Source of the DNA: Mantamonas sphyraenae STR306
Taxonomy: Eukaryota; Protista; CRuMs
Assembly: GCA_026936335.1 (NCBI GenBank)
Contig: JAPMXV010000043.1
Span: 1 to 64,000, forward strand
Direction of reading: 5' to 3'
DNA: 64,000 nt
The notes beneath the pieces were generated by a model. That model was given only the letters and a program-made list of their open reading frames with translations. It was not told the DNA's origin and made no database searches. Both the position numbers and the translations under genes were made by a program. Shown here in pieces: positions 44,148 through 55,428 of the stretch. How positions within the stretch are numbered: position 1 is the first letter of the stretch; every line of letters begins with the position of its first letter.

Positions 44148-47100
44148 ATGGACGTGCAGGACACACGCAGCGCCGACGTGGACATCATGGACCAGGACGA
44201 GGCAAACGCCTCGTCCCCTACCACCACACGCCGCCGTAGTTCGCGCCAGCGACGTAGTCTCGTACCCGAGGCATCGCTCAAACGTCGCGTACGTCTGCCG
44301 CCCAGCTTTCTCCGCCCAGGCTCCACAAGCCTCCCTCACACACATCTCCATACGCACACACACATCCGTAGCTCGAAGACAGCGAAGAGGAGGACGAAGA
44401 GGACGAGTACGAAGACGACGCGGCCCGCGCAAGCAGCGACAGCGACGACGACAATGATCAGGAACACGCACACACGCCCAAACGAAGCCGCAAGCAGCCC
44501 AGCCGTGCACGTGCAGCCCGCTCCACCGCTTCCTCCGCTTCCTCCTCCTCCGCTGCCTCCGCCTTGGACACAGACGATGCCCTCGATGACATCGAGGAAG
44601 ACGAGGAGGCTTCCCTTTTCTGTACGTCAGGAATCTTGGCCACCCCGCGCCAAAAAAAAATGGCGCGAAAACCCCGCACTCCCACTTACACGCTCACCAA
44701 CCCGTTTCCCTTTTCCCCCCCCTCCCCGCACTGTTGCCAGACGAAATCAAGCAGAAGGGAGGCAACATTGGCGAGAGTGCAAAGCTCCTTGCCGAGATGT
44801 ACTGCCAGGACAACGCCAAGTACGACGCCGTAGCAAACGTGCTCAACCTCGTCCTCAACGCGTCCGGCTGCACAGCGTACCACTTTGACGCCACCACAGC
44901 CGAGCAGCTTGCCTCGGGCAACCCCGACCTCGCCGCAGATATTCTCAACGATATCGACGACAAGTTCCCCACAGGCACCGAGGCCTACGCCCTTCAGCAA
45001 TCAACTTTTGCCTCCCGCTATGCAAAGCTCTTTCGCCAGCTCGTCGAAAGCATCCAGGGACAGGGCCAGGCTGTCGTCGCCTCCCTCTACACAGATCTCA
45101 CCAGCGCCTTCGCCGGTCTCACAGACCTCATCGGGCCCCTTCGCCACGCCGTCGCCCTCGCTGCCATGAATCTCCTCCTCGCAGGCGCCACACGCCTCCA
45201 CAAGCTCGACCGCATGGGCAAGCACGCAGACCGCCAGAGCATGGATGCTCTCCTCGACACACTGTTTGACACGTGCGTTTGTCCAACACCGTTTCCGAGT
45301 CCCACCCTCCCAACCGCCCTTCACACACACACACGCTCACTCACTCACTCACATCCCTACGCTTCGCATCTTCCCACAGCCACTTTACCGAACGCTGGAA
45401 GGACACACGCGCTGTCATCCGCAAGACGGCCATCGAAACCTTGGGCCAGATCATCACCACCGCCCCGAGCAAGTACCTCAACGATGGCTTCATGAAGTTT
45501 ATGGTGTGGTTGGCTCACGACAAGGATGCAACGGTCCGCCTCGCGTCCATCAAGGCCCTCACTACCCTGTACACCAAGCATCCCAACAAGCAAGATCTCG
45601 CCACCCTTAGTCGTCGCTTCTGGCAGCGCCTGTACGCCATGGCCCTCCACGACGTCGACGAGAACGTCAACGTCGCTGCCTATGCCCTCGTCGGGATCTG
45701 GATGGACCGAGGCATCACAGACATGGTCTACGCTTCCCTCGATGCAGACCAAGACGATCTCGCCAACGCTGCCAAGCCCATCCGCATGACCAGCGACCAG
45801 ATCAAGTACAGAACCATGGAGCACGCTCTCTGGTCGGGTCTCATGCACAAGCGTCCCTCGGTGCGCCACGCTGCAGGCAAGCTCTTCTTTGACGCCCTGC
45901 TCGCTGGCAACGCCTCTGCCATCACCGCCTCTGCTCTCCAACCCTCCTCTGCCTCCTCCTCCGCCCCATCCACTGCCTCGGACGCCGCAGAGTTTTTCAA
46001 CGACGACGCCATCGGCGCAGAGTATACCTACGACAGCCCCTCGCCCCTCGCGGCAAAGTCCCGCACGGCCACAAAGGACACCGACCACTTCCGCCGCCTG
46101 GCCACCCTCATCTCCATCCTCATCCATCCAGACTTTGAGCAGCTCAGCAACCTCGCATACATCGTCGACGCCATCTGGCTGCCCATGCGCGACTCCCTCA
46201 CCTGTTGGCCAAACCTCGTTGAGCTCATCCAAACCTCCGACAGAGACCTACTTGCTCGCTGGCCTGAAGATGACGCAGACAACGAGAGCCTCCATGTGCA
46301 AAACATCCGACTCGTTGTCGCCCACCTCCTCCTTCTGGCTGCAAAGCGATTTGTAGGCAACCCCCTCCTCATCGGCCACGGTGAATCCCTGAAGGTCAAG
46401 CAGGCGGATGCACGCAAGGCCTCCAAACAGCTCTTCAACGCCCTTGCTCCAACCCTTCCCGCCCTGCTCTCCCAGGCCGACAGCGTTATCCTTGAGAAAC
46501 TCGTCGTCCTGCCTGTGTACATGCATCTCGACAGCTACAAGCAAGGCGACCTGCTCCAGCGAACCCTCGACGCTCTCGCCGCCACACTCACCAATCACTT
46601 CCAGTCTGAACTCCTGCGCAACTGTGGCGCGACCCTCTGCCATCTCGCGTCCTCCACCGCCTGTGTCTCGTCCGTCACACACACCGTCAAGCAGGCTGCC
46701 GTCGCCATCATTGCAAACTGCAGGGAGTGGGCAGACACCCTCGAGCTGAAGCAGACCGCAGTCACCATGCACGACGAAGATGCCGCCTCCGGTCGCGCTT
46801 CTGCCACCGACGCACGCCGCCACGATCTGCTTCTTCTCGTCCAGGACGCGCGCACAAACCTCATTGCCGCCTTCAACCGCCTGCGACACCTCGCCGTCTA
46901 CTTTGACCTCGCTGCCATCACCGGCGACGCCGTCCTCGATCGGCTCGTGCTCCCCACCCTCCTCACGCAGTGCACCGCCTACCATGACGACCCACAGTCG
47001 GTCGACACACAGTTGGCCACAAACTGTGTTGTTGCAACAAAGGCCCTCCTGTTGCACGCCCTCAACGACTCGGCACGTGCAGACCAGACCCTGAGAGACA

Positions 47101-48062
47101 TGAACACAGCTCTCGAGGCATGCTGCTTCCTCGCTTCACCTCTCGACGCACAGTACGACCACCAGCGCAAGAGCCAGCTCGAGCTCCCCTGGGCAGTGTT
47201 TGAACTCCTGGCAGACGTCAGCATGGCTGCGCGCAGGCTCGATCTGCAATGTGACGCCTGGCTGGCCTCGGGAAACGTTCAGCTCCTTGACCGCTTCATT
47301 CTCACCCTCCTGGGCGCAGACACGTCGGCCAACGAGGTGTCGTACACCCTCCAGTGCCAGAAGCTGCTCTCCATTGCTGTCTACCGCATGTATTTGCAAG
47401 GCTTTGCGCCCCTCGACTCGGTCGCTTTGCTCCTGGCCATGCACCCGTGCCTTTCCAAGACCATCCAAGACACCGTCAAGGACCTGCGCACAGATCTGCG
47501 CAAGCGCAGCCCCGCACGCGAGTGGAAGCTGCTTCTCCTTGCTCTGCAGCAGGCCTACATGCACACCCAGCATGCCGACAAGGTGGCAACCACGTTTGCA
47601 AAGTCTTTTGCCGCCTTTCGCAAGACCAGCCAGCGCGACACAGACGCCCTTCACCGCATCATCACCGGTGGCATCTCATGGGTGCTTGACAACGACGACC
47701 AGACCATCTTGCATTCGCGCATCCCGTTCTGCTCGTCGGTTCTCGCCACATTGGCCGCAAAGCTCGTCAAGATCGACTCGACCCTCGCCAAGGACGCAGG
47801 CCGTCTCATCGAGCGCCTCTGTGAACCCTTGCAAATGGACGTCGGCAGCCGCCAGTACAGGCCCGTTTACGACCTCATCCGCCAACTCAGCGGCCAAACG
47901 CCGAGCCGCCATCCGACAAACACCTCCTCCTCCTCCACGACAGGTACGCCCGGCGCAAAGGCCAAGCGCAGCCTACGCCTTGGTCGCGCACGTCCAGGTA
48001 GCTCAGGCAAGAGGAGGTCCTCTCGGAAGCGCGTCAGCCAGCTGCCGATGCTTGCCGGGTGA
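44148..48062 (+). CDS. SCC3: Cohesin subunit SA/STAG/SCC3-like, divergent; introns 44289-44371, 44622-44740, 45273-45379
   Basis: PLRHAVALAAM, HFTERWKD..AVIR, PSKYLNDGFMKFMVWLAHDKDATVRL, VRHAAGKLF, AYIVDAIW match STAG/SCD motifs; all three introns are in phase. Confidence 0.85.
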
Positions 48063-48211
48063 AAAGAGATGGACCAACAACAAAGCCATTGATTCCGTCT
48101 TTTGATAGGTGAAACTCCGCACGTACCGGCTGTTTGTCGAGCGCAGCGTTCTGTGTGCCGACAAGGCCAGCGCCGAAATCAATCTACCCCCTCCCACTTG
48201 GCTTGCATCCG

Positions 48212-49319
48212 TCACTCTCCTTTCTCCTCAGCTGCCATGGGGAACTCGTCCACATATTCTACTGTCGGCACGTCTGCAAAGTAGTCCATGATGCGCTGCT
48301 GATGCAGCGGCACCGTCAGATTCACAACGTGGTGCTCTGGGTGTGACATCACCTGCTGCGGCCGGTATGAGGCAAAGAGGTCCGCCAGTGTGCGCTTCGA
48401 CGAACTCTCTAGACCACCAAGGTACTCCAGGGTATAGTAGGTGAAGCGGTCGATGACTGCCACTCCCATGTTGGCGTCCGAGTGATGCTGTGCGTCGTGC
48501 AGCCCCTTGGTCAGTCAGTCTATGTACCCACGACGCCTCACACGCTGCCACTATGGCTGCACCTACCGAGTATGAGTTCTCGCCAAGCTTGCTGCTCCCG
48601 ATGGCCACTATGTTGGGCGATTTGAAGCGCTTGTGCAGCGTGGCGGCCTGGCAGGTGTCGGCAATGAACAGCACCCGGTTGTACCGTCCCGCACGATACA
48701 TCTGCTCAAACGCATCCGCCAAGTCGTAGCTACTCACTTCCTCTGCGTCTTGGAACTTGAGAAATTCGTCGCCGCCATGACCTGTTAGGTAGACAAGCAC
48801 GTTGGACGAAGCGTCACTGCGCAACCGCTTGCTGGACGGCACCGAGGCATCGTGGCGGCCCGTGAGCAGACGTAGAAAGTTTTCCACAGTCACTTCGTAG
48901 CCTCTGTAGTCCACCTGTACATTGTGGCCGTACAGATTGGCGTTGTCGGTGCGAACCGAGGCCGGGAACGGATTGCGCGCGTTACACGGCATATCGTCCG
49001 CCAACATCAGGATGATGCGGTCATCCGGAATGCCCAGCCGTTTCACCGAGTGGTAAAAGGATAGAGCGTTTGCCACGTGTCTGTAGTTGAACCAAAACCT
49101 GCTTGTGCACACAATCACCGCCCAGTTGGAGGCATGGCCACGTCCACGTCCAACCTGCGCATGTGCCTGAGTGCCCGCCACACACACGACAGCAACCAGC
49201 ACCCACAGCACCCACAGCACCGTCCAGCTGGGCCTCCGCGCTCCCACGCCTGCAAAACCCCTCCGTCCCTTTGCCCTTTCACTGCCTCGTTTCAACACCG
49301 TGCACAACTTTGGTTCCAA
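48212..49319 (-). CDS. PIGK: GPI-anchor transamidase catalytic subunit (peptidase C13); intron 48488-48566; start codon not located
   Basis: [73 protein letters not shown]. Confidence 0.95.
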
Positions 49320-49970
49320 ACGAGCTAAACATCAAACTACATTGTCTTTACTCCTTTCACATCCTTCCCCCACTCCCTTTCCAACCTCCACACACCCTGC
49401 CCACTCTCCCAACAACCCTCTTCTCCCTCTGTGCCCGCGCGTCTGCATGTTGACATGCAGAAAATCGCACTCGTTTTTTGGCGCGCACTTTCCGCCCAGC
49501 ACTTTCCCCGGCCCCCACACACTCCACACACTCCCATCGCTCTTTGTCTTTGGTTTGTTGCATGTCTCACACGGAGGCGATGCTTGTTTTGTGGAAAAAA
49601 AGATGCGGTGCACCGCAGAACCTGGTGGTTAGTGCAGACCAGGGCAGTGCGACAACCGCGCGCGCTAGCAAGCTAGCGGAGTGCGAGGTTGTGTCCGCGA
49701 GAGAAATTATAATGATCATATCGAGGGCCGTAGCCCTCGGAATGTTGATCAAAACATTCAGAACAGATACTACACTTGATCTAAGCCAGAGGCCAGAGAA
49801 GCTGGTTGCATCGGCGCAGCGGGAGCGCACGGCATTTGAAGGGCACCGGAAGGCGGAAAGTGCGCACATGCAGCCTTTGGGGTGTGGGGCTTATGGAAGG
49901 GTGTTGGAACGGAGGAGGGCAGTGCAAGGAAGAGCCGAACGGGGGCTTGGTGGGAAAGAGGGGGTGCCGC
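49132..49970. repeat. Left arm of an ~839-bp inverted duplication
   Basis: Reverse complement of 56315-57152; by eye about four substitutions and one 1-nt indel. Confidence 0.97.
49607..49806 (-). ncRNA. U2: U2 spliceosomal snRNA, copy 1
   Basis: Reverse complement of 56478-56677; contains AGATCAAGTGTAGTATCTGTTCT. Confidence 0.96.
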
Positions 49971-50021
49971 GCCATGGGTTGCACAGGAATCGGCGAGGAA
50001 AGCGTGTGTGTGCTGTCCTCC

Positions 50022-51599
50022 ATGGAATCCAACAACAATGAGAGCCTGCGCCCTGCTGCCAAGAGGAAGCTGGAACAGGTCGTCGAAGACAACGACGACG
50101 TGAACGTGGAGCTGGACGGGCAGGAAGAGCGCAAGCGACAACGCATCGAGCCCGTTCTAGCCACAGCCGACGCGGAGCAGGCCGCAGAGACATACCTGGG
50201 TAAGTGAGACTCATTGACATCGGCGACGACACCGTTACGAGTGGCTGACCAGTTGCTGGCCCCGACACAGAGCGCATCCTCTACGACGGCCACACAGAGC
50301 CACGCAGCTGGCACCTGTGGACAAAGGAAGACGACCAGAAACTTATTGGTGAGTGTGGCAGTGGATGCTACTATGTGAGAGGGGTGGACAACCAAAGACA
50401 CTCACACGCACACGCACACACGCACACACACACACGCAGACAACGTGCTCGCAGTTGCCGATCTTGCCCTTGTGCACAAGCGCGTCCGCTTCTCCTACCC
50501 ATTCTCCATCCAAGACATCGAACTGCGCTGGTTCCACCATCTGTACGAACAAGTGGATCTAGGAGGAGACGACGCAAGGCAACGGCGGCGGCAAGGAACA
50601 CCCGCAGTCGTCGAACAAACAGCAAACGGCGTGCCTGTGCCCGCAGCTCCAAAGAGCGGCGAGTTTTACGCCCTGCAAACGCACATGCAACCAGGCATGG
50701 AAGTGCCCTGGAATGAGAGGGAGCTCCAGGTGCTTCCGTTGATGAAAGAAGCCCTGCGAAACGCAAGCGAGGGCACCCAAAAGGAAGCCCTCTACACCGT
50801 GTGGGCCACACACAGGACAGCAATGCACCCTATGCGCTCGCTTGACGACTACCTGCGAGCATGTACAAAGGACGAGGAGGAGAATGGCGCCGCAAGTGCC
50901 GGTGACTTGCCAGACACGCAGCATGACTCGACCCAGCAGGCTGTGGACACGGAACTCAGCGACGCCGTGAACAACCACCGCCGAGGTGAGGGCAGGAAAC
51001 CATCACGCAGCATCAACTTTAGCTCCACCATGTGGGCCAACTACCAGCGAGGACAGGCATACGAGCAGATTCTCGAAATCGAGGAACAACGCGACACGTG
51101 GCCATCCAACGTCATTGCACGGCTGTACGGTTCTCGCGTCGTGCACAACATGACCTCCAAGGAGATTGTGCTCGGACGTCCCAACAAGAAGGCCCCCGTG
51201 GATGTCGATTTGACTGCAGAGTGCACATCGTCCTCGGCATCACGTAGCATCTCTCGCATCCAGGCCCTCATTACCCTCAAGTTTGACGGGTGCTTTTACA
51301 TCAGCAATATTGGCGTGGCGTCTTTGTTTGTCAACGGCGTGGCTTGCTCCTGCGGCGAGATGCTTATTCTCCCGCACGGCTGTGCCATCGAGATTGCTGG
51401 CACCGTGCTCACATTCCAGATGAACCGCTACGTCATGGACCAAATATGGTCCAACGTCAACACACGCATGCTCAAGTTGGACGACGAGCTCGCACAGATT
51501 GCAGGGGGTGAAGCCCAGCCCGCTTCAATGGCCGAGCAAGAACCGGAACGGGAACCTGTGCCGACGCCAACCACTGAACCATCTGTTGCAGAGACTTGA
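50022..51599 (+). CDS. MCRS1: Microspherule protein 1 / MCRS1-like FHA-domain protein; introns 50200-50270 and 50349-50439
   Basis: WTKEDDQKLIDNVLAVADLALVHKRVRFS...ELRWFHHLY N-domain; FHA region EIVLGR...VDVDL...ISRIQALI...FYISNIG...VNG. Confidence 0.88.
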
Positions 51600-51713
51600 C
51601 TCCGGGCAACCGAGTTTGCACAACCGTGGCCTCCTTTGCACTTTGTGTGTGTGGGTGCTGCAACACATGACGCAAGGATTGAAAGCAATGTTCAATTTCA
51701 TTTCCCGCACCTT

Positions 51714-52967
51714 TCATCGTGACCGTGCCAAATCCAAGTCACATTGCACTTGGACGGTGCCTGCGTCGGATCCACAGGCTACCAAGTTGATGTCTGGATG
51801 GTTGTCCAGACAGTTGAGAGCCAGATAGTTGTCGACAACCTTGTCCAAGGCCTGGTCGCTCTTGCTGCTCCATTGCATGAGCTTTCCGTCTTCTCCACAG
51901 CTTAGCACATTGTCTGGACGGAACGGATGGAATTGCACCTGCCACACACTGCCCGAGTGGCCAGAGATGGTACGTACGGGTGGCTGCAGCTTGCGCACAT
52001 CCCAGAAGCTCACTGTGCCGTTCTCATCTCCGGTCACCAACATGTCCGACTGCCCTGGATGGCACGACACACTATGCATGGCTGCTGCTGCGCCGTCGTC
52101 ACTGCTCACAATCATCGGGGCCTCTTCACTGCGGACGTCAAACACCTTCAGCAAACCACCCGAGCTCACCGTCGCAAAGCAGTTCTGTCCCAGCAGCTGC
52201 ACACCGTTGATGCTCGTTCCGTCGGCAAACTCTGCACATGACGATGTGTGTGTGTTTGCGAGAGAGAGGTGTCCGTGTGTGTCCGTGTGTGAGCTGTCCT
52301 GTCCTACGTTTCCTGTGTGCCTGGCGCGCATTCTTCCAAAAGCCGCTCCCGCGCACTTACCATACGAGCGCACAGGCTCATCTGCACTCTGTTCGAGCAA
52401 ATGCACACGCCCATCTTGCCCTGCGCTAATCAGACGCCCTGTGTCCACGTCCACATCCAACACTACGCGGCCTTTGTCGTGAAGATCAGCCCACACCCGC
52501 TCCAGACACTCTTCGTACTCCACTGCACATGCATTGGACACCAGATTGAGATCTTCTTCTCCAAACCCCGACCCAAACTTGCTGCTACTACCGCTGCTGC
52601 TGCTGCTGTTTGATAGGCCCTCTTGGCTGCCCAGGCCGGGCCAAGAGGTTGCGTCCAAGTCCAGCAAGCACACTGCCCCCGAGTACGTGGCACACGCGAT
52701 ACGTGCATGCATCTCCTGTAGAGGCACAAACGACTTCACCGTCGTCAGCCGTGGCACCCCCAGCACACTGCACTCGTGATGCAGATCCAGCAGCGCTTCC
52801 GACATCATGGGAATCGTCTGCGACCACAGGGACAACCCAGCCCCCTGGTTGTCGTCGCAGGCCACAGCAAGCACCGTGGAATCTACCCCGGCGCCACCAA
52901 AGGTCGTCCATGACAGACTTTGCACCGGCTGATTCACAAATGCGTTTGTGGGTGCGTCGCGTTGCAT
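51714..52967 (-). CDS. NUP43: Nucleoporin Nup43-like WD40 protein; in-frame intron 52232-52360
   Basis: FVNQPVQSLSW; SVSCHPGQSDMLVTGDENGTVSFWDVRK; HSGSVWQVQFHPFRPDNVLSCGEDGKLMQW; LVACGSDAG. Confidence 0.8.
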   Translation of the reverse strand: MQRDAPTNAFVNQPVQSLSWTTFGGAGVDSTVLAVACDDNQGAGLSLWSQTIPMMSEALLDLHHECSVLGVPRLTTVKSFVPLQEMHARIACATYSGAVCLLDLDATSWPGLGSQEGLSNSSSSSGSSSKFGSGFGEEDLNLVSNACAVEYEECLERVWADLHDKGRVVLDVDVDTGRLISAGQDGRVHLLEQSADEPVRSYGKCAGAAFGRMRARHTGNVGQDSSHTDTHGHLSLANTHTSSCAEFADGTSINGVQLLGQNCFATVSSGGLLKVFDVRSEEAPMIVSSDDGAAAAMHSVSCHPGQSDMLVTGDENGTVSFWDVRKLQPPVRTISGHSGSVWQVQFHPFRPDNVLSCGEDGKLMQWSSKSDQALDKVVDNYLALNCLDNHPDINLVACGSDAGTVQVQCDLDLARSR

Positions 52968-52974
52968 TTGCGTT

Positions 52975-55412
52975 TCAGCTGCCTCCCCCCGCGCTCATCC
53001 CCACCGCGACCAACACCAGTTGCACCACTCCATACACACAATCCATCACCTCGAACGCATACTTGGGCGAAAACACAGACCAGACAAACAGGTGGTGGCG
53101 CATGGCCGTGAGAACAACCGAAAAGCCGACAAGCTCGGTGGCACGCTGCAGCAGCGTCCATCCAAGCCATGCGGCCTTGGATGGTGGTCCAGGAAGGATG
53201 CTCACCACAGCAACATCCATCAGCAGGCGTCCACAATACGTGGTGATAAATAACAGCACAGACGAAGGCAGCCAGTGGTAGCTTGTCATACCCACGTACG
53301 CTGCGCTCACATCCACACTCGAGATGGCGTTGGACAATCCCGTGCTGAACATGCCACTTTTACCCAGGGCCAGCCCCACCATGGCCAACCACGGCAAGGC
53401 ACGGCCAGGGCCCTTCGCCACCCTTGCTGCGCCTACACCACGCACAAGCTGTGCCAATAGAAGCTGTACAAGCACCAAGGCATGGTTGTGTTGCCGTTGC
53501 AGAAGCATACCGAGCTGTGCCAGTCCAAGCAGCACTCCCTGCCCGCCACCTGTCGCCCAACCAGCTGCCACAATCGACACCATTGCTCCCCGAGCCACCT
53601 GCCATTTGCGATTCTCACCATGCACCCACACAAGCAGCAACGCCGCTGAGTGCAGGCCAATGCCAATGCATGTGCGCACCAGCGATCTCCTACCTTGGCC
53701 GCGTAGAGAAAGCAGCACCACTCCGCACACGAGCAGCATGCCCACGCACGCCACTGTGCTCTGTGTAACCATCCACTCTGGGTGTGCAACCAGCCACTTG
53801 GCCACATCGCTTTGATGGCGCCATTTGTCCCCGGTGGCATTCCAAGCGCGTAGAACACGCACCAACGGCAGCCCCACCGCCCAGCGCAAGTCCTCAAACA
53901 CTGCACGCAGCAATAGAAGCAATGATGCTCCTCCGTACCACACTTGGTGTTCCTCTTCCACCAGCGAGCTCGCTGCAAGGGTTGCCGCATGGACGATTAC
54001 TGCCACACGGGCAACCCACCATCCGCGTCGCTCGCCATCCGCTGTGTCTCCTGTTTGTCCCACATGCAACACCCATATGGCCATCAATAGCACAACTTGC
54101 ACACCAAGAACTGCCATCAGCGTTTGCAGATCTACGTGGGCGTATTCGGCACGGAACGCCCCCTGTGCCTCGTGCAGCAGGGCCACATCCATGTCTTCAC
54201 CCGACTGTACAGCAGAAACCAACCTATCAAGCATATCTCGAGGTAACTGCGTCGCCACATTTGCCAAATCGACGAACTGCAGTGCGTTCAAACGCAGCGC
54301 CGTCTGCCGCATTCCCGGCGGAAGCATGGAGGGCACCACAACCCCCAGCGAGTTGCGAGGGATGGGCAAACCTTGCAGCAGAGCCAATGTAGGTACCAGA
54401 TCTATCTGAGCAATGCCCTGAGCATGTACGTTGACCTCTTCACTCTTGAGCCACTCCGCCTCGCTGGCCATCACCACCGTAGCCATTGTCTCTGCCTGGC
54501 TGGATCCACCGTGTTCCCCGCGTCTGTCATTCCGTGGTCCGACAACAGAAGCAGCAAAGGCGTCGCGGCAGTGTGCTGAGAAACGCTGTCCTCTGCGTCG
54601 GCTTTCGCGTGCACGCCCGTGTGCACGTATGCAAACGCATCGTCCATTTGACGCAGCTTGGCTGGCAATTGAGACGCATGGGAGCCGTATGTGTGACCCA
54701 GATGGTCCACGCCCAGGTAATGCAGCACCATCCAGTCCCATTCGCTGCAGCGTTCCAGTTCGGGCTGCAGGTGTCGCGACACGTTGTGGTCCACCTGTGT
54801 GTAGTCCCACACGTAGAAGCTAGCGGTGCCATCGGAGCGCACAAACGAGTCTGGGAACAAGCGAAGCCAGGTGTCATCGCCAAACATGATCAGCCGCCGT
54901 CCAGCTGCCCTCGCCTGAGTCACCAGGTTGTCTGTGCGCATTGCCATCGAGTTGAAATTCATGAGGACGTCCACGAACGAAGGCACCACCCCGCTTACAA
55001 GTGCCTTGACGCGTGGTAGGGTCACTGTTGGCGCCTGAGCCTTGGCAACAAAGCCTCGAGCTCGCCCCTGGGCCAAAAGCGACTGCACAAACGGCATGGC
55101 TCGGCCATGGTGTACCTCTGCGTCACAATGCATACTTGGCACACCTGTGCCTTGCAACTGGTCCGCGTTGAACACCGAGTCTGCACGCAGAGCGTCCACA
55201 AGCATCAACACCGTGCGACTGACCGGCGGCGACGTCTCCACCGCCTCCAACGACACCTGCGCCTGCAAATCGGCCACCAGTCCACGTGTGTGTCCCCATG
55301 TATTCGCAGACGTGTGCTGTGGAAGCATGGGGAAGAACGCACGCACAAACAGAGGCAGCGTGCACACCAGCGCCAGCGACAACGTCGCCAACCATAGTGC
55401 ACGCCACTCCAT
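52975..55412 (-). CDS. PIGG: GPI ethanolamine-phosphate transferase PIG-G/GPI7 (apparent 1-nt frameshift near 54513)
   Basis: VDALRAD, PTVTLPRVKAL, FGDDTWLRLFP, LHYLGVDHLGH, SDHGMT..G.HGGSS, QIDLVPTL, SSLVEEEHQVWY, MRHHLFVWSVFSPKY. Confidence 0.93.
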
Positions 55413-55428
55413 TTTTTGTGTGACGGCC

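Noticed and set aside
48212-55412. PIG-K and PIG-G proximity as a GPI-pathway gene cluster
   Set aside because: Only two genes, separated by unrelated ones; chance is sufficient
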